DNA from: Thermoplasmata archaeon
Lineage (GTDB): Archaea; Thermoplasmatota; Thermoplasmata; Thermoplasmatales; GCA-001856825
Assembly (NCBI GenBank): GCA_021792255.1
Contig: JAJYUZ010000004.1
Coordinates: 32,001 to 96,000 of the forward strand
DNA: 64,000 bases
Direction: 5' to 3'
A program made the translations under genes and the position numbers. Under the pieces are notes generated by a model. That model saw nothing but the letters and a program-made list of their open reading frames with translations. It had not been told where the DNA came from and made no database searches. This document shows positions 32,983 through 42,880 of this stretch, piece by piece; positions within the stretch are counted from its first letter, which is position 1; every line of letters begins with the position of its first letter.

Positions 32983-34520
32983 AAGGTTACGAGACATTCG
33001 CAGATGTCATAAACAGACTTGACCTGCTACCGATATTTGGGAACCCAGGAACGACCGAGCTTAACTCGCTTAAGGCAGTGGATGACTATGTACTAACGCA
33101 GTTTGATGGTCTAGCCGTGGGAATGGCCGATGGTCTCTCTCAATTCTCTTTTCAGCCGCATTTGGTGAACCTGCACACTATACTCGGACTCGGTAACTCG
33201 ATGGCGTACATATACACAGCGAGGATGAACTATTCTCCGGTTATAATAACCGCAGGTCAGCAGGATTTAAGACACATGTCAATGGAGCCGCTGTTATCAG
33301 GTGATCTCCTTGGCTTTATAGGAAATAATGTGAAATTTAAGTACGAGCTAAAGAGTGCATCGGAGATTCCTTCCGTTCTAAGGAGGGCAAAAGTCGAAGC
33401 ACTGACTCCACCAATCGGTCCAGTTTTCGTTTCCATTCCCATGAACGTAATGGATGAGGACTCGTCGTACAGACCACCAGAACCAACCAAAAGAAGTTAC
33501 GAAACGTCGAATGAAGACGCAGTGAATGCGGTCTCGAACCTCCTCAATGAGTCAAGAAATCCTGCGTTGGTATTTGGATGGGAAATAGATCTGTTCGGCG
33601 CGTTCGCAGAAGCTGAGAAAGTCGCTGAAAAATTGGGTTGCCCAGTCTACGGTGAACCGCTCGCTCATCGTTCACCATTTAATTCCACAAGCAAGATGTT
33701 TGGAGGCAACCTGCTTCCTGGGACCACACTAATAAATCTCAAACTGCTCCAGAACGACCTGGTCGTCTTCATAGGAGGAGATGTGACACTTTATCCCTAT
33801 CTCCCTTCCCCACTTCTCGAAGGGAAGAAGGTAGTCTTCGTTGGACTCAACATCAATCCGAAATTCGGTGACTTCTACAGAGCTAACGTGAAGTCATTTC
33901 TTGGTGAACTGGTCGGTAAGATAAGCAAGAAAGGCAATTTCTCGAGGCCAAGTGATTTTCAGATATCCACTAGGATTGCGAACGAAAAGGAAAAGATGGG
34001 TGTCACTTTCGTGATGAGCAGGGTAAAGAAATTGTTCTCGGACTACGTAATAGTCGATGAGGCGATTTCCTCCTCCACTATACTAAGAGATGTACTGGGT
34101 TATTCACCCGGAAGGTACTTCTTTTCCAAGAGTGGTCAACTAGGTTGGGGTTCTCCAGCGGCATCTGGAATTTCAATGAAGACAGAGAAGGTACTAGCTA
34201 TAGTTGGAGAGGGTTCATTCATGTATTCTCTTCAAATCCTCTGGACAGTCCAAAAGTACAACCTTCCTGTCAAATTCCTGATACTGAGAAATGGAGGCTA
34301 TTCCATTCTGAAAAGCTATTCGCTGAGCTATACGCCGGGCATGGAAAAGAAGGACTATTTGAGTTTCGACTTGCCAACTGAGAAATTTGCAGAATCGTTC
34401 AAAATTGAATCTATGGTTGCGGGAAAGGAACTCGACGAGCTAAAATGGTTGAGAGAAGGGAACGATTCAAAGCTCCTAGTGGTGGACGTCGACAGGACGA
34501 TTCCTAAACTGTTCCTATGA
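32979..34520 (+). CDS. ThDP-dependent 2-oxoacid decarboxylase (benzoylformate decarboxylase-like)
   Basis: FGNPGTTEL, VGMADG, NLHT..GLGN, GQQD, GEGSFMY...RNGGY ThDP motif. Confidence 0.88.
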   Translation: MKGYETFADVINRLDLLPIFGNPGTTELNSLKAVDDYVLTQFDGLAVGMADGLSQFSFQPHLVNLHTILGLGNSMAYIYTARMNYSPVIITAGQQDLRHMSMEPLLSGDLLGFIGNNVKFKYELKSASEIPSVLRRAKVEALTPPIGPVFVSIPMNVMDEDSSYRPPEPTKRSYETSNEDAVNAVSNLLNESRNPALVFGWEIDLFGAFAEAEKVAEKLGCPVYGEPLAHRSPFNSTSKMFGGNLLPGTTLINLKLLQNDLVVFIGGDVTLYPYLPSPLLEGKKVVFVGLNINPKFGDFYRANVKSFLGELVGKISKKGNFSRPSDFQISTRIANEKEKMGVTFVMSRVKKLFSDYVIVDEAISSSTILRDVLGYSPGRYFFSKSGQLGWGSPAASGISMKTEKVLAIVGEGSFMYSLQILWTVQKYNLPVKFLILRNGGYSILKSYSLSYTPGMEKKDYLSFDLPTEKFAESFKIESMVAGKELDELKWLREGNDSKLLVVDVDRTIPKLFL

Positions 34521-36260
34521 AGTCCAGTTTCTGATCTTCCTGTATTTAGTCATCAGGGAGTTCATCTCATCATCACTCGTTTCACTATCTTCCGGCTCGC
34601 CTTCTATCTTTCTTCTTACCATTTTCGGAAGGTAATCGTCTTCAGCCTTGAGCCCAAACTTCTCATTTAATCTCCTCTTCTCTTGAATAATATTACTTCC
34701 GATCCGCATCATTTCCTCGATCGTATAGTCAAATCCGGTGGAGAGATTCAGGGCTTCAACAACGTCATCTGGACTGATCTTTGCGTACGTACAAATGATA
34801 GCGGAGTTGTAAATTTGTCTATAGTTTTGAGCATTAGCCAAGGTTTGGACTCTCTCTTCTGTGTTTACGATCCATCTGTCTCCGCTCACTATTCCGATCT
34901 GACGATCATCAACTCCCATATCTACCTCAAATATTTCCGCTTGGAGGTGATCCGCCCCTCTCGAAGATGTTGCATAACCAATTCCCTGAAGCTTGAATGC
35001 CCTTGGGTCATGCATGGGTATCTCCATTTTCTTCACAGTGGCGATCTCATCCCTGGGAATTCCTCTTGAAAGTGCAAACCTTTCAAGACCTTTTTTGAGC
35101 GATTCCCCCGCACCTCTAGATTCCGCAATGTCCTCAATTAGTTGCCCGACTCTTTTGAATCCGTCGCCGAAATACCACTTTATCGATGAATCGGTTATCT
35201 TTCCTTCTTTTACAAAGTGATTTAGGGCTGAGATTATTACGCCGGCACTGATAGTATCCATTCCCTTATCGTTTAGCAGATCGTTCCATTCCAGTATGAG
35301 GTCGAAGTCCGTATTTCCAAGCAGGGGGCCGAAGCTTGCGACGGTTTCATATTCGGGACCATCTATCTTTCTGCTGTCTTTCGTTACAGTCCTCCCGCAT
35401 CCTATAACACAATTCGCACAGTGATAGCTCGTCACACTATACACGTCGTGAAATTTCATGGAACTCAAAGAATCATAATCAAAATTGTGATCGCTGAAAT
35501 AGTGGGCTGGGATGTCCCCCATTCCCTGGCCCATATCCATCCAGATCATACTCCCATTGCTCTTCAATCCCTGCGTAAGGGGAGATTCGATCAGATATTT
35601 GGACACTTTTCTAACAAGTTCAAAGTATTTCTTCCTGTCATGAATCGGGACCTGCAGATTTCCCTTTACTACAATCGCTTTAAGATTCTTCGAACCCATT
35701 ACAGCGCCTAATCCAGTCCTGCCAGCCGCTCTTCCTTCGTCATTCATTATTGACGAGAAAAGGACTCTGTTTTCACCAGCTCTACCGATTCCCATCACGC
35801 TATATTTTTTCTCTTTTGTGAGATCTTCTCTAAGAGCGTAGAAATCTTTTCCCCACAAATCCGGTCTCTTTTCAATTTTGACTAACTCGTCAATTTTGAT
35901 TACCTTTGGGGTGTCTGCTCTGCCTTTAATGATTAGACCATCGTAACCCGCCTTTTTGAGTTCATTCCCAAAAAACCCTCCCGAGTTAGCTTCAGCCAAA
36001 AATCCAGTTTGCGGACTCCTAGAGACTATCTCGTGTCGCCCGCTGTTTGGGAAAGGAGTGCCGGTGAGTGGACCAGTCGTCAAGATTAGTAGATTGTCAG
36101 GAGAGAATGGCTCCTGAGAACCGCCAATTTTATTATAAAGTCTTTGTCCGATACCGACTCCGCCCATCCAGTTTCTCCAATCCTCTTCTGACAGAGACTC
36201 GGTCCAGACATCATCTGAGGATAGGTTGACAAATAGAAACCTGTTCCAGTTTCCTTCCAT
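34515..36260 (-). CDS. aldehyde:ferredoxin oxidoreductase family (W/Mo-pterin)
   Basis: GPLTGT, ANSGG, LKKAGYDG, AAGRTGLGAVMGSKNLKAI, CxxCxxxC, GPEYE, GMDTIS, HDPR, RGADH. Confidence 0.93.
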   Translation of the reverse strand: MEGNWNRFLFVNLSSDDVWTESLSEEDWRNWMGGVGIGQRLYNKIGGSQEPFSPDNLLILTTGPLTGTPFPNSGRHEIVSRSPQTGFLAEANSGGFFGNELKKAGYDGLIIKGRADTPKVIKIDELVKIEKRPDLWGKDFYALREDLTKEKKYSVMGIGRAGENRVLFSSIMNDEGRAAGRTGLGAVMGSKNLKAIVVKGNLQVPIHDRKKYFELVRKVSKYLIESPLTQGLKSNGSMIWMDMGQGMGDIPAHYFSDHNFDYDSLSSMKFHDVYSVTSYHCANCVIGCGRTVTKDSRKIDGPEYETVASFGPLLGNTDFDLILEWNDLLNDKGMDTISAGVIISALNHFVKEGKITDSSIKWYFGDGFKRVGQLIEDIAESRGAGESLKKGLERFALSRGIPRDEIATVKKMEIPMHDPRAFKLQGIGYATSSRGADHLQAEIFEVDMGVDDRQIGIVSGDRWIVNTEERVQTLANAQNYRQIYNSAIICTYAKISPDDVVEALNLSTGFDYTIEEMMRIGSNIIQEKRRLNEKFGLKAEDDYLPKMVRRKIEGEPEDSETSDDEMNSLMTKYRKIRNWTS

Positions 36261-36393
36261 TTTGGTACTATATGAAATGCAGAGATAATATATGTTTGTA
36301 GCTGAGTCGGTGTTTGAATTCCGGCTATCTAGCGGGTTTCAGATGAAGAATTCTATTGGAAATATATAAGTAACCCTCACAGCATACTAATCT

Positions 36394-37680
36394 ATGCAAC
36401 AGCAGCCAGAAAATCTGGCGCCAAGCAACAGAAGATGGCTTGTTCTTGTTGGGTACATGCTAATATCCATGTCGTCTCAGATCATCTGGCTAAATTTTGC
36501 CGGGATCGTTTCACCTCAAATGGAAAACATTTTCAATGTGGGTCTAGGACCAATCAGTCTCATGTCAGGTCTCTGGCCACTAGTGTTCATTCCTATTTCG
36601 ATTCCTACAGGCCTCATGGTCGACAGGTGGGGATTCAAGAAAGTCGTTTCCATAGGTGGAGGAATATTGGTAGTGTTTTCGTGGCTGAGGTTACTTAGCG
36701 GTGGGAGTTTTGAGCTGTTGTTCGTGTTTCAAAGCTTGGCTTCGGTGGGACAGCCATTCGTATATAATGGAATTTCTAAGCTCGCAGGAAACTGGTTCCC
36801 GGAGGGAGAACAAGCTCTTGCAAACGGAATTGCTACCATGGGTCAGATAATTGGTATGATCATTGCGCTTGTGCTTGTCCCCATAATGGTTCCTAGTGCC
36901 AGCTTTGCTCTCCTGCAAACCAACATGGTCGTGGTATCCCTCATCGTCACAATATCGGTTGTATTCTTCCTCGTCTTTTCAAAAGAAAATCCGGGCACTA
37001 TGGTTGTCAGTCCCGTGGTTCAGGAGAAGGTCAGTTTTCAGATTAGACATCTACTCAAGATGAAGAACATGATCCTTCTTATGATTCTCTTCTTGATCGG
37101 GGTAGGAATATTCAGTGGTCTGATACAGTGGGTGGAGGCAATTCTGTTTTCAAAAGGAATCTCTTCCCTTTACGGCGGCCTCATCGGAGCAGGAATGCTA
37201 ATTAGTGGTATCTTTGGGATGGTGATCATACCTCTACTCGCCGATAAGTATTCGAAACTGAAACAGGTGGTGATAGTGAATGCTTTACTGGTTGCAGTAC
37301 TTCTGTTCCTATTCAGTCTCAGGGTAAATCTACTGTACTACGCAATAATAGGAATCATTCTTGGATTCACTCTGCTCTCTCTGGCTCCGGTCGTCCTTCA
37401 GATATCTCTAGAGACTGCTGGAAAGGAACGAGCAGGGACTGCTGCGAGTGTCATCTGGCTGACATCTCAGGTGGGAGCGTTATTCTTCATCCTAATCATG
37501 CCTGCTCTCAACACCTTCCAGCTGAGCATGAACATCCTGGTCTCTGATCAGTGGTTCATAGCACTCGTATTCTCCGGAATCACGATGCTGGTGGCGGTGT
37601 TACTAGGTGCCATGTTAAATGACACCAGAAAAGGAAAGAGCATCAGACAAGGATCAGAGTCCCCGAAATCTAACTCTTAA
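36394..37680 (+). CDS. MFS transporter, FLVCR/SLC49-like
   Basis: About 12 TM segments; RRWLVL...IWLNFA, VDRWG, GQPF, WFPEGEQALA, LADKY. Confidence 0.85.
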   Translation: MQQQPENLAPSNRRWLVLVGYMLISMSSQIIWLNFAGIVSPQMENIFNVGLGPISLMSGLWPLVFIPISIPTGLMVDRWGFKKVVSIGGGILVVFSWLRLLSGGSFELLFVFQSLASVGQPFVYNGISKLAGNWFPEGEQALANGIATMGQIIGMIIALVLVPIMVPSASFALLQTNMVVVSLIVTISVVFFLVFSKENPGTMVVSPVVQEKVSFQIRHLLKMKNMILLMILFLIGVGIFSGLIQWVEAILFSKGISSLYGGLIGAGMLISGIFGMVIIPLLADKYSKLKQVVIVNALLVAVLLFLFSLRVNLLYYAIIGIILGFTLLSLAPVVLQISLETAGKERAGTAASVIWLTSQVGALFFILIMPALNTFQLSMNILVSDQWFIALVFSGITMLVAVLLGAMLNDTRKGKSIRQGSESPKSNS

Positions 37681-37697
37681 TTATCTCCTTGGAGGTC

Positions 37698-39242
37698 TCA
37701 AGTCGAGTTGCTTTGTCTCAAACTCTTTCTGTTGTTTCGGTAGTAGTCGATGAACTGATGGAATTCTCTTTCGTATAAAGAATTCTCTTCCATGTCTGGT
37801 AGATGATCCACAAAAGGCGCTCCCAGGTCAGAAAGATCGGAAAACTTCAATTTATCTAATCCCACAGCCGAGATCATAGCTGCGCCATTCACGGTCGAGA
37901 ATCTCTGATCACTGACCACCCTTATCTTTCTACCGAGCACGTTCGCAAATATCGTCGCCCTAAGGGAAGACAATGCACCTCCGCCGCTCATGTACAATTC
38001 TTCTATCCTCTTTCCAGTGAATTTTTCGACCGTGTTCAGGAGCCACTTAGAGTTAAGCGCAACTCCTTCCATTGTCGACCTAACGACGTCGGCCTTGTTG
38101 TTTTCCAAGGAAAGATTATAGAAACCTCCTCTGACATATGGATCTTCGATCGGGGCCCTTTCTCCGAACAACCAAGGAAGAAACATAAGGCCCCTAGAAC
38201 CAGGCTCTGACTTAGAGACCAGGTCATCGATGACGGAATACTTATCTTCCCCTGTAATGTTTAAGAGATCTGAGACGAAGTCCATGCTATTACACGCACT
38301 TTCTTGCTCTGCTGCAACGAAGTATTTACCAGTAATTCCGCTTGGAAGGGATGCAACATTATGGAATATGTCAGTTTTTTTGAAAGATACGTGAGAGGTT
38401 ATCCACGATGAGGTACCCAAATAGATGAGAGATTTGTAATCCTCAATGCACCCTGCTCCTATCAATGAACAGGCGACGTCTCCGCAACCCGAAACCACTT
38501 TCACACCTTTCACCCCGAGCTTGGATTCCACCTCTTCCTTCAACGATCCAACCAAATCAGTAGGCTTGATCACTTGAGGAAGTTTTTCCTTTAAAATCCC
38601 AGACATCCTCAGCAATCCGTCGTCGTAGGTCACGTTCCACGGATCTCTGTTGTCCGTCGACCAAAGCAGGGTCAGATTGTCCCAGGAGGCCTTGAAATTT
38701 CCGGTCAGTTTTGCAGCAATGTAATCTTTTGGTTCCAAGAACTTGTACGTCTTTTCATAGATGTCGGGGAGGTTGTGCTTTATGTATAATATATGGGCGA
38801 GAGAATCCTTTCCCGAATGGGCTGGTGCGCCTCCCGTTTTTCTCAACCATTTGATCAGCTTGTCGAGCCTGTATCCAGAAATCGAGGGAAAGCCAGATGT
38901 CAGTTTGCTGATTTCATCGCTACCTCGTGTATCCATCCAAATGATTGCATTGCTGATTGCATCACCGTTTCTGTCCACCGGGACTGTTCCGGACCACTGT
39001 CCCGTCAACCCAATTCCCTTTATCTCTAAGCCGTCAGATTCAGCGACTATTTCTTCCATTCCATCCATCACAGAATTATACCACTCTGCCGGGTTCTGCT
39101 CAGCCTCTCCTCCATTTCCTATTTTAAGGCCGTACTTTCTGGTTACTCTCCCCCTAGTCACCCTTTCCTCGTCGACGAGGGAGATCTTCACAGAAGATGT
39201 TCCGAGATCAATTCCTATAAAAGCATCTTTCATTTTCAACAC
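37698..39242 (-). CDS. FGGY-family kinase (xylulokinase-like)
   Basis: IGIDLGTSSVK, EQNPAEW, TGQWSG, WMDTR, YLGTS, PWLFGERAP, EGVA, SGGGA. Confidence 0.92.
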   Translation of the reverse strand: MLKMKDAFIGIDLGTSSVKISLVDEERVTRGRVTRKYGLKIGNGGEAEQNPAEWYNSVMDGMEEIVAESDGLEIKGIGLTGQWSGTVPVDRNGDAISNAIIWMDTRGSDEISKLTSGFPSISGYRLDKLIKWLRKTGGAPAHSGKDSLAHILYIKHNLPDIYEKTYKFLEPKDYIAAKLTGNFKASWDNLTLLWSTDNRDPWNVTYDDGLLRMSGILKEKLPQVIKPTDLVGSLKEEVESKLGVKGVKVVSGCGDVACSLIGAGCIEDYKSLIYLGTSSWITSHVSFKKTDIFHNVASLPSGITGKYFVAAEQESACNSMDFVSDLLNITGEDKYSVIDDLVSKSEPGSRGLMFLPWLFGERAPIEDPYVRGGFYNLSLENNKADVVRSTMEGVALNSKWLLNTVEKFTGKRIEELYMSGGGALSSLRATIFANVLGRKIRVVSDQRFSTVNGAAMISAVGLDKLKFSDLSDLGAPFVDHLPDMEENSLYEREFHQFIDYYRNNRKSLRQSNST

Positions 39243-39250
39243 TACCCTGT

Positions 39251-40645
39251 CTAATGGCTATAAAGCCATTCAACGACACTCTTCAAGAAGACGTCAGTAG
39301 ATTCCTTCGGCAACACAGAAGCCATCCCATAGATCGGTGCCATCGATGAGGCCTTGACGCTCCCTTTCTTCACCGAGTCCACTGCACCGCTAAGGTCTAT
39401 GACAAATTTCTCCTTAACATCTTCTAAGGTATGCCTGTGAGTAAGAGCAATATGGAATCCTGCAGGATTTGAGAGTCCGTTCAGCATCCATCCCCTCTTC
39501 GACATAGCCTCCCAGACCAGATAAGGGTCGAATTCCCCAGATGATATTGCTATTACCCAGAGCGGATTTCCAATGTACTTGAGTCCTGGAATCTTTTCAA
39601 TAGATTTCTTGATGTAGTCCCCTGCGTCAAGTATCTTCTTTGCTTCTTGAGTGTAACCATTCCTACCCATCAACAGCATGGCGGCCCAAGCAGCCACGAT
39701 AGGGTATCCCGGTCTGCTTCCCAAAAGAGTGGGGGTGAAATATATGCCTCCTTGCCAGGAAGCTGTAGCGTAGATCTGATTTTGGAAATAATCGCCATTC
39801 CTGTACAACACTACAGACGTTCCTTTCGGGGCGTAACCGTACTTATGAGTATCCATCGAAATCGAGGTCACACCGCTGACGGAGAAATCGAAGTCTGGAA
39901 AATCGTAACCAGCATCCCTCACAAACGGATCCATAAATCCTCCCAGACAGGCGTCGACGTGCATCCCTATCTTCTTATCTTCTGCGACTTCCGCCAGTTC
40001 CTCAATCGGATCGAATGTACCGAACGGGAAATTGGGCATAGATCCTACTATTGCGACAGTGTTTCCACTCATCAGTTCCTTTACCATGGCAACGTCTGCT
40101 CTATAATTCTCATCCAGTCCGACTATGACTGGCTTGATAGAGAAATACTCGCACGCTTTCAGAAAGGATGGATGAGCGGTTGATGGCAGAACTATCTCAG
40201 GTTCCGTTATTCCTCTCTTTTTCCTGAAGAAATCCCTGTAGGTCTTCATTGCAAGCAGTATGCTCTCCGTCCCGCCAGATGAAACGGCACCTCTCACACC
40301 ATCGTCACCGTGCATCAGCGATGACGACATGCTGACTATTTCTCTCTCGAATTTCGGAATACTGGGCCAAACATCTGGGTGTAGAGCATTTGTCTGTGAT
40401 ACAAGATGGTATAGTTTCTCGTAGAAAGAAAGTAACGGTTCATCACCATAATAAACTGCCCCTGAAACCTTTCCCTCTTTCCAGGATTGGCTTTCCTTCT
40501 TTGCAAAGCCTGATAAGGTATTTAGCAAGAAATCCTCCCCTAAGCCCTTATCCGGCATCCTGACAAAATTTGATTCGGGTGAGTCGTATGGTTTTAGATC
40601 TTTCTGCAATTCATTTAACACGGAACCAAAATCTATTCCGTTCAT
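39251..40645 (-). CDS. sphingosine-1-phosphate lyase-like PLP enzyme (group II decarboxylase fold)
   Basis: GKVSGAVY, NALHPDVWP, SGGTESILLA, HVDACLGGF, SISMDTHKYGYAPKGTSVVLYR, WQGGIYFTPTLLGSRPG, GWMLNGL. Confidence 0.88.
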   Translation of the reverse strand: MNGIDFGSVLNELQKDLKPYDSPESNFVRMPDKGLGEDFLLNTLSGFAKKESQSWKEGKVSGAVYYGDEPLLSFYEKLYHLVSQTNALHPDVWPSIPKFEREIVSMSSSLMHGDDGVRGAVSSGGTESILLAMKTYRDFFRKKRGITEPEIVLPSTAHPSFLKACEYFSIKPVIVGLDENYRADVAMVKELMSGNTVAIVGSMPNFPFGTFDPIEELAEVAEDKKIGMHVDACLGGFMDPFVRDAGYDFPDFDFSVSGVTSISMDTHKYGYAPKGTSVVLYRNGDYFQNQIYATASWQGGIYFTPTLLGSRPGYPIVAAWAAMLLMGRNGYTQEAKKILDAGDYIKKSIEKIPGLKYIGNPLWVIAISSGEFDPYLVWEAMSKRGWMLNGLSNPAGFHIALTHRHTLEDVKEKFVIDLSGAVDSVKKGSVKASSMAPIYGMASVLPKESTDVFLKSVVEWLYSH

Positions 40646-40774
40646 GATTTTATAATTGATTCTTCCGTATTTTAACCTTGTCTAATATGAAAATATCCTT
40701 CCCGAACACAGACAAATCTCTGATTTAGAGCGTACTGTAAACTATTATATACGAGAGAATACATATTTATTCAA

Positions 40775-42199
40775 ATGAAGAACAAAGTGCTATTTATTGC
40801 GCTCCTAATTTCTATCGTGATACTACTTCCTGCCGTAAGTGGCTCTATTTCCCAGCCGGGAGAAAGAACTCCAATAAAACACGTAATAAACATATATTTT
40901 GAAAATCATACCTTTGACAACTTCTTTGGAACTTACCCCAGAAATCCCTCTTCTTCTGGACAATCCATCATCGCTAACATTTCTAAACCTCTCAACCTTC
41001 TAAACAATTCGTCTCTATTGAACAGCTTGACACCAGTATCAGCGGGAACGTTCAGCACTCCCAATCCAGTCGAAGGTTATACTGCCTATCACTTGGATTG
41101 GAACCACGGTGCAATGAATGGTTTTACAACTGGAAGCGGTCCCTCATCTATGACATATTATACCTCGGCTCAATTGGGCCCAATTTGGGATCTGTCAGAA
41201 GAATATGGAATGGGCGATAGGTACTTCGCATCCACTATTTCTGAAAGCGCTCCAAACACTCTTTATTACCTTGCGGGATTCTCGCCGTTAATAAATGACT
41301 ATGGGCCTCCACCGTCGATTCCAATCAATGAAACTATTTTTGGTGAACTGAACCAGTATAATATCCCATGGGGCGTATACGTAAGCGGAAACTACAAGAG
41401 TTTCGATATGTCCAGCATGATACAGGGAATAGCGTCTTATTCCAGCGATATCAACAGCTGGAGTACTTTCTTACAGCAGCTGGGAAACGGAACACTTCCA
41501 TCAGTAAGTTACGTGTTTTCTCAAGGTGGGAACGGGTACGACACAGGTGCCCCAGGGAGTCTGCTAAAGGGTGAGTTGTGGCTCCTTGCATTGGTAAATG
41601 CAATTGAGGCTAGTCCGATCTGGGACAACACGGTCGTGTTCATAACTTGGGATGATCCGGGAGGATACTACGATCAGCTCTCTCCTCCAGTCGTGGCCGG
41701 ACAACAACTTGGTATGAGACTCCCATTTATCGTGGTTTCACCATTTGCGAAGGAAAACTACATTTCGAACACTGTCCTGACTCACTCATCTATTCTTGCG
41801 TTCATTGACTATAATTGGGGAATTCCGGCCTTGAACAGTTTTGTATCCGGGGTGAACATTCCGCTCGACTTCTTTGATTTCAACGTATCAAGGCCAGCCA
41901 TGACTTTTAATTTTGGAAACACCATCTCGGTCCCAACGAACCTTGATTTCAACCTTACTTCGAGTGATTCGTCATCAAACCTATCCGCCACATTTCCGCT
42001 GAGCCCTCAAATGCCATTCAGTTCTTTGCACTATGCAGCACACGGCGAGATCAATTACACTCTGTCTTCGACAGGGGCTGGTATCCTGGTAAAGAATGAC
42101 GTGACGCTGTCTCCCTTCTACGCTTCGCCATACTTGCTTCTGGTACTGATCCTAGCGTGCGTAGCAGTGGTTGAATATCTGCCAAGGAGGAAGGTGTAA
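40775..42199 (+). CDS. exported phosphoesterase/phospholipase C family protein (AcpA/PlcH type) with C-terminal membrane anchor
   Basis: Signal peptide, IKHVINIYFENHTFDNFFG, MNGF, TWDDPGGYYD, GMRLPFIVVSPFAK, HSSILAFI..NWG. Confidence 0.88.
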   Translation: MKNKVLFIALLISIVILLPAVSGSISQPGERTPIKHVINIYFENHTFDNFFGTYPRNPSSSGQSIIANISKPLNLLNNSSLLNSLTPVSAGTFSTPNPVEGYTAYHLDWNHGAMNGFTTGSGPSSMTYYTSAQLGPIWDLSEEYGMGDRYFASTISESAPNTLYYLAGFSPLINDYGPPPSIPINETIFGELNQYNIPWGVYVSGNYKSFDMSSMIQGIASYSSDINSWSTFLQQLGNGTLPSVSYVFSQGGNGYDTGAPGSLLKGELWLLALVNAIEASPIWDNTVVFITWDDPGGYYDQLSPPVVAGQQLGMRLPFIVVSPFAKENYISNTVLTHSSILAFIDYNWGIPALNSFVSGVNIPLDFFDFNVSRPAMTFNFGNTISVPTNLDFNLTSSDSSSNLSATFPLSPQMPFSSLHYAAHGEINYTLSSTGAGILVKNDVTLSPFYASPYLLLVLILACVAVVEYLPRRKV

Positions 42200-42200
42200 A

Positions 42201-42770
42201 ATGACGACAGCAAGCGAAAAGAAAGGTGCAAAAACACTCTCGGGCATTATTCGGGGAGCTATTCCAGGCTCTTTGCTCACAACGGGCATTTTGCTTTCCT
42301 ATGGATACGTCAGCGGAATTATCTACAGTATAGGAGATACGAGACAACTGATACCAGTTTTTACCGGTATAATCATCGGTGCCATCGTTTTTTCTCTGAT
42401 CGGTTTTATCCTAAGACCAACACAAATAAACATTATTTCACTGACCATCTTTTCTTTGGTTCTCTTGATTGCAGCCTATGTAATCATATCTCTCAACTCG
42501 CTCGTCCTAAATAGCACCAATATGATGATTGTGGCATTTCTTATGGGTTCGCCAGCAATGGCAGTATCACAACTCGTAGGCGACAGTTCTGCTCACTATT
42601 CTTTCATAAAGAGGGTGATCTTCGGATCCGTTCAGGCTGTTCTCGTAATAGTGTTCATCTTTGTCTTTTCACTGGAGTATGAAATGCAAGGGCAGGTGAA
42701 TCTCTATTCCGGTCCGCTACTCTTCCTGGCTCTCTCACTCGCGTATCTAATAGTGTTAAAAACCGTGTGA
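42201..42770 (+). CDS. multi-pass membrane protein, likely co-transcribed with the phosphoesterase
   Basis: About 6 hydrophobic segments; ATG 1 nt after the upstream stop, with AGGTG upstream. Confidence 0.7.
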   Translation: MTTASEKKGAKTLSGIIRGAIPGSLLTTGILLSYGYVSGIIYSIGDTRQLIPVFTGIIIGAIVFSLIGFILRPTQINIISLTIFSLVLLIAAYVIISLNSLVLNSTNMMIVAFLMGSPAMAVSQLVGDSSAHYSFIKRVIFGSVQAVLVIVFIFVFSLEYEMQGQVNLYSGPLLFLALSLAYLIVLKTV

Positions 42771-42880
42771 AAAGATTTCTTGGTGCTTAAGTTGGAACAG
42801 TAAAGTCGATCTTGCTCAAATATTCCAAAAATACCACACGGGCTATCATATTGCTTTGAATAGTTAGAAGCAATCACTCG

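Noticed and set aside
27572-40775. Shared operator palindrome in lipid-cluster promoters
   Set aside because: Only a short TATTGGAAA is shared by two promoters, explainable as BRE-like sequence
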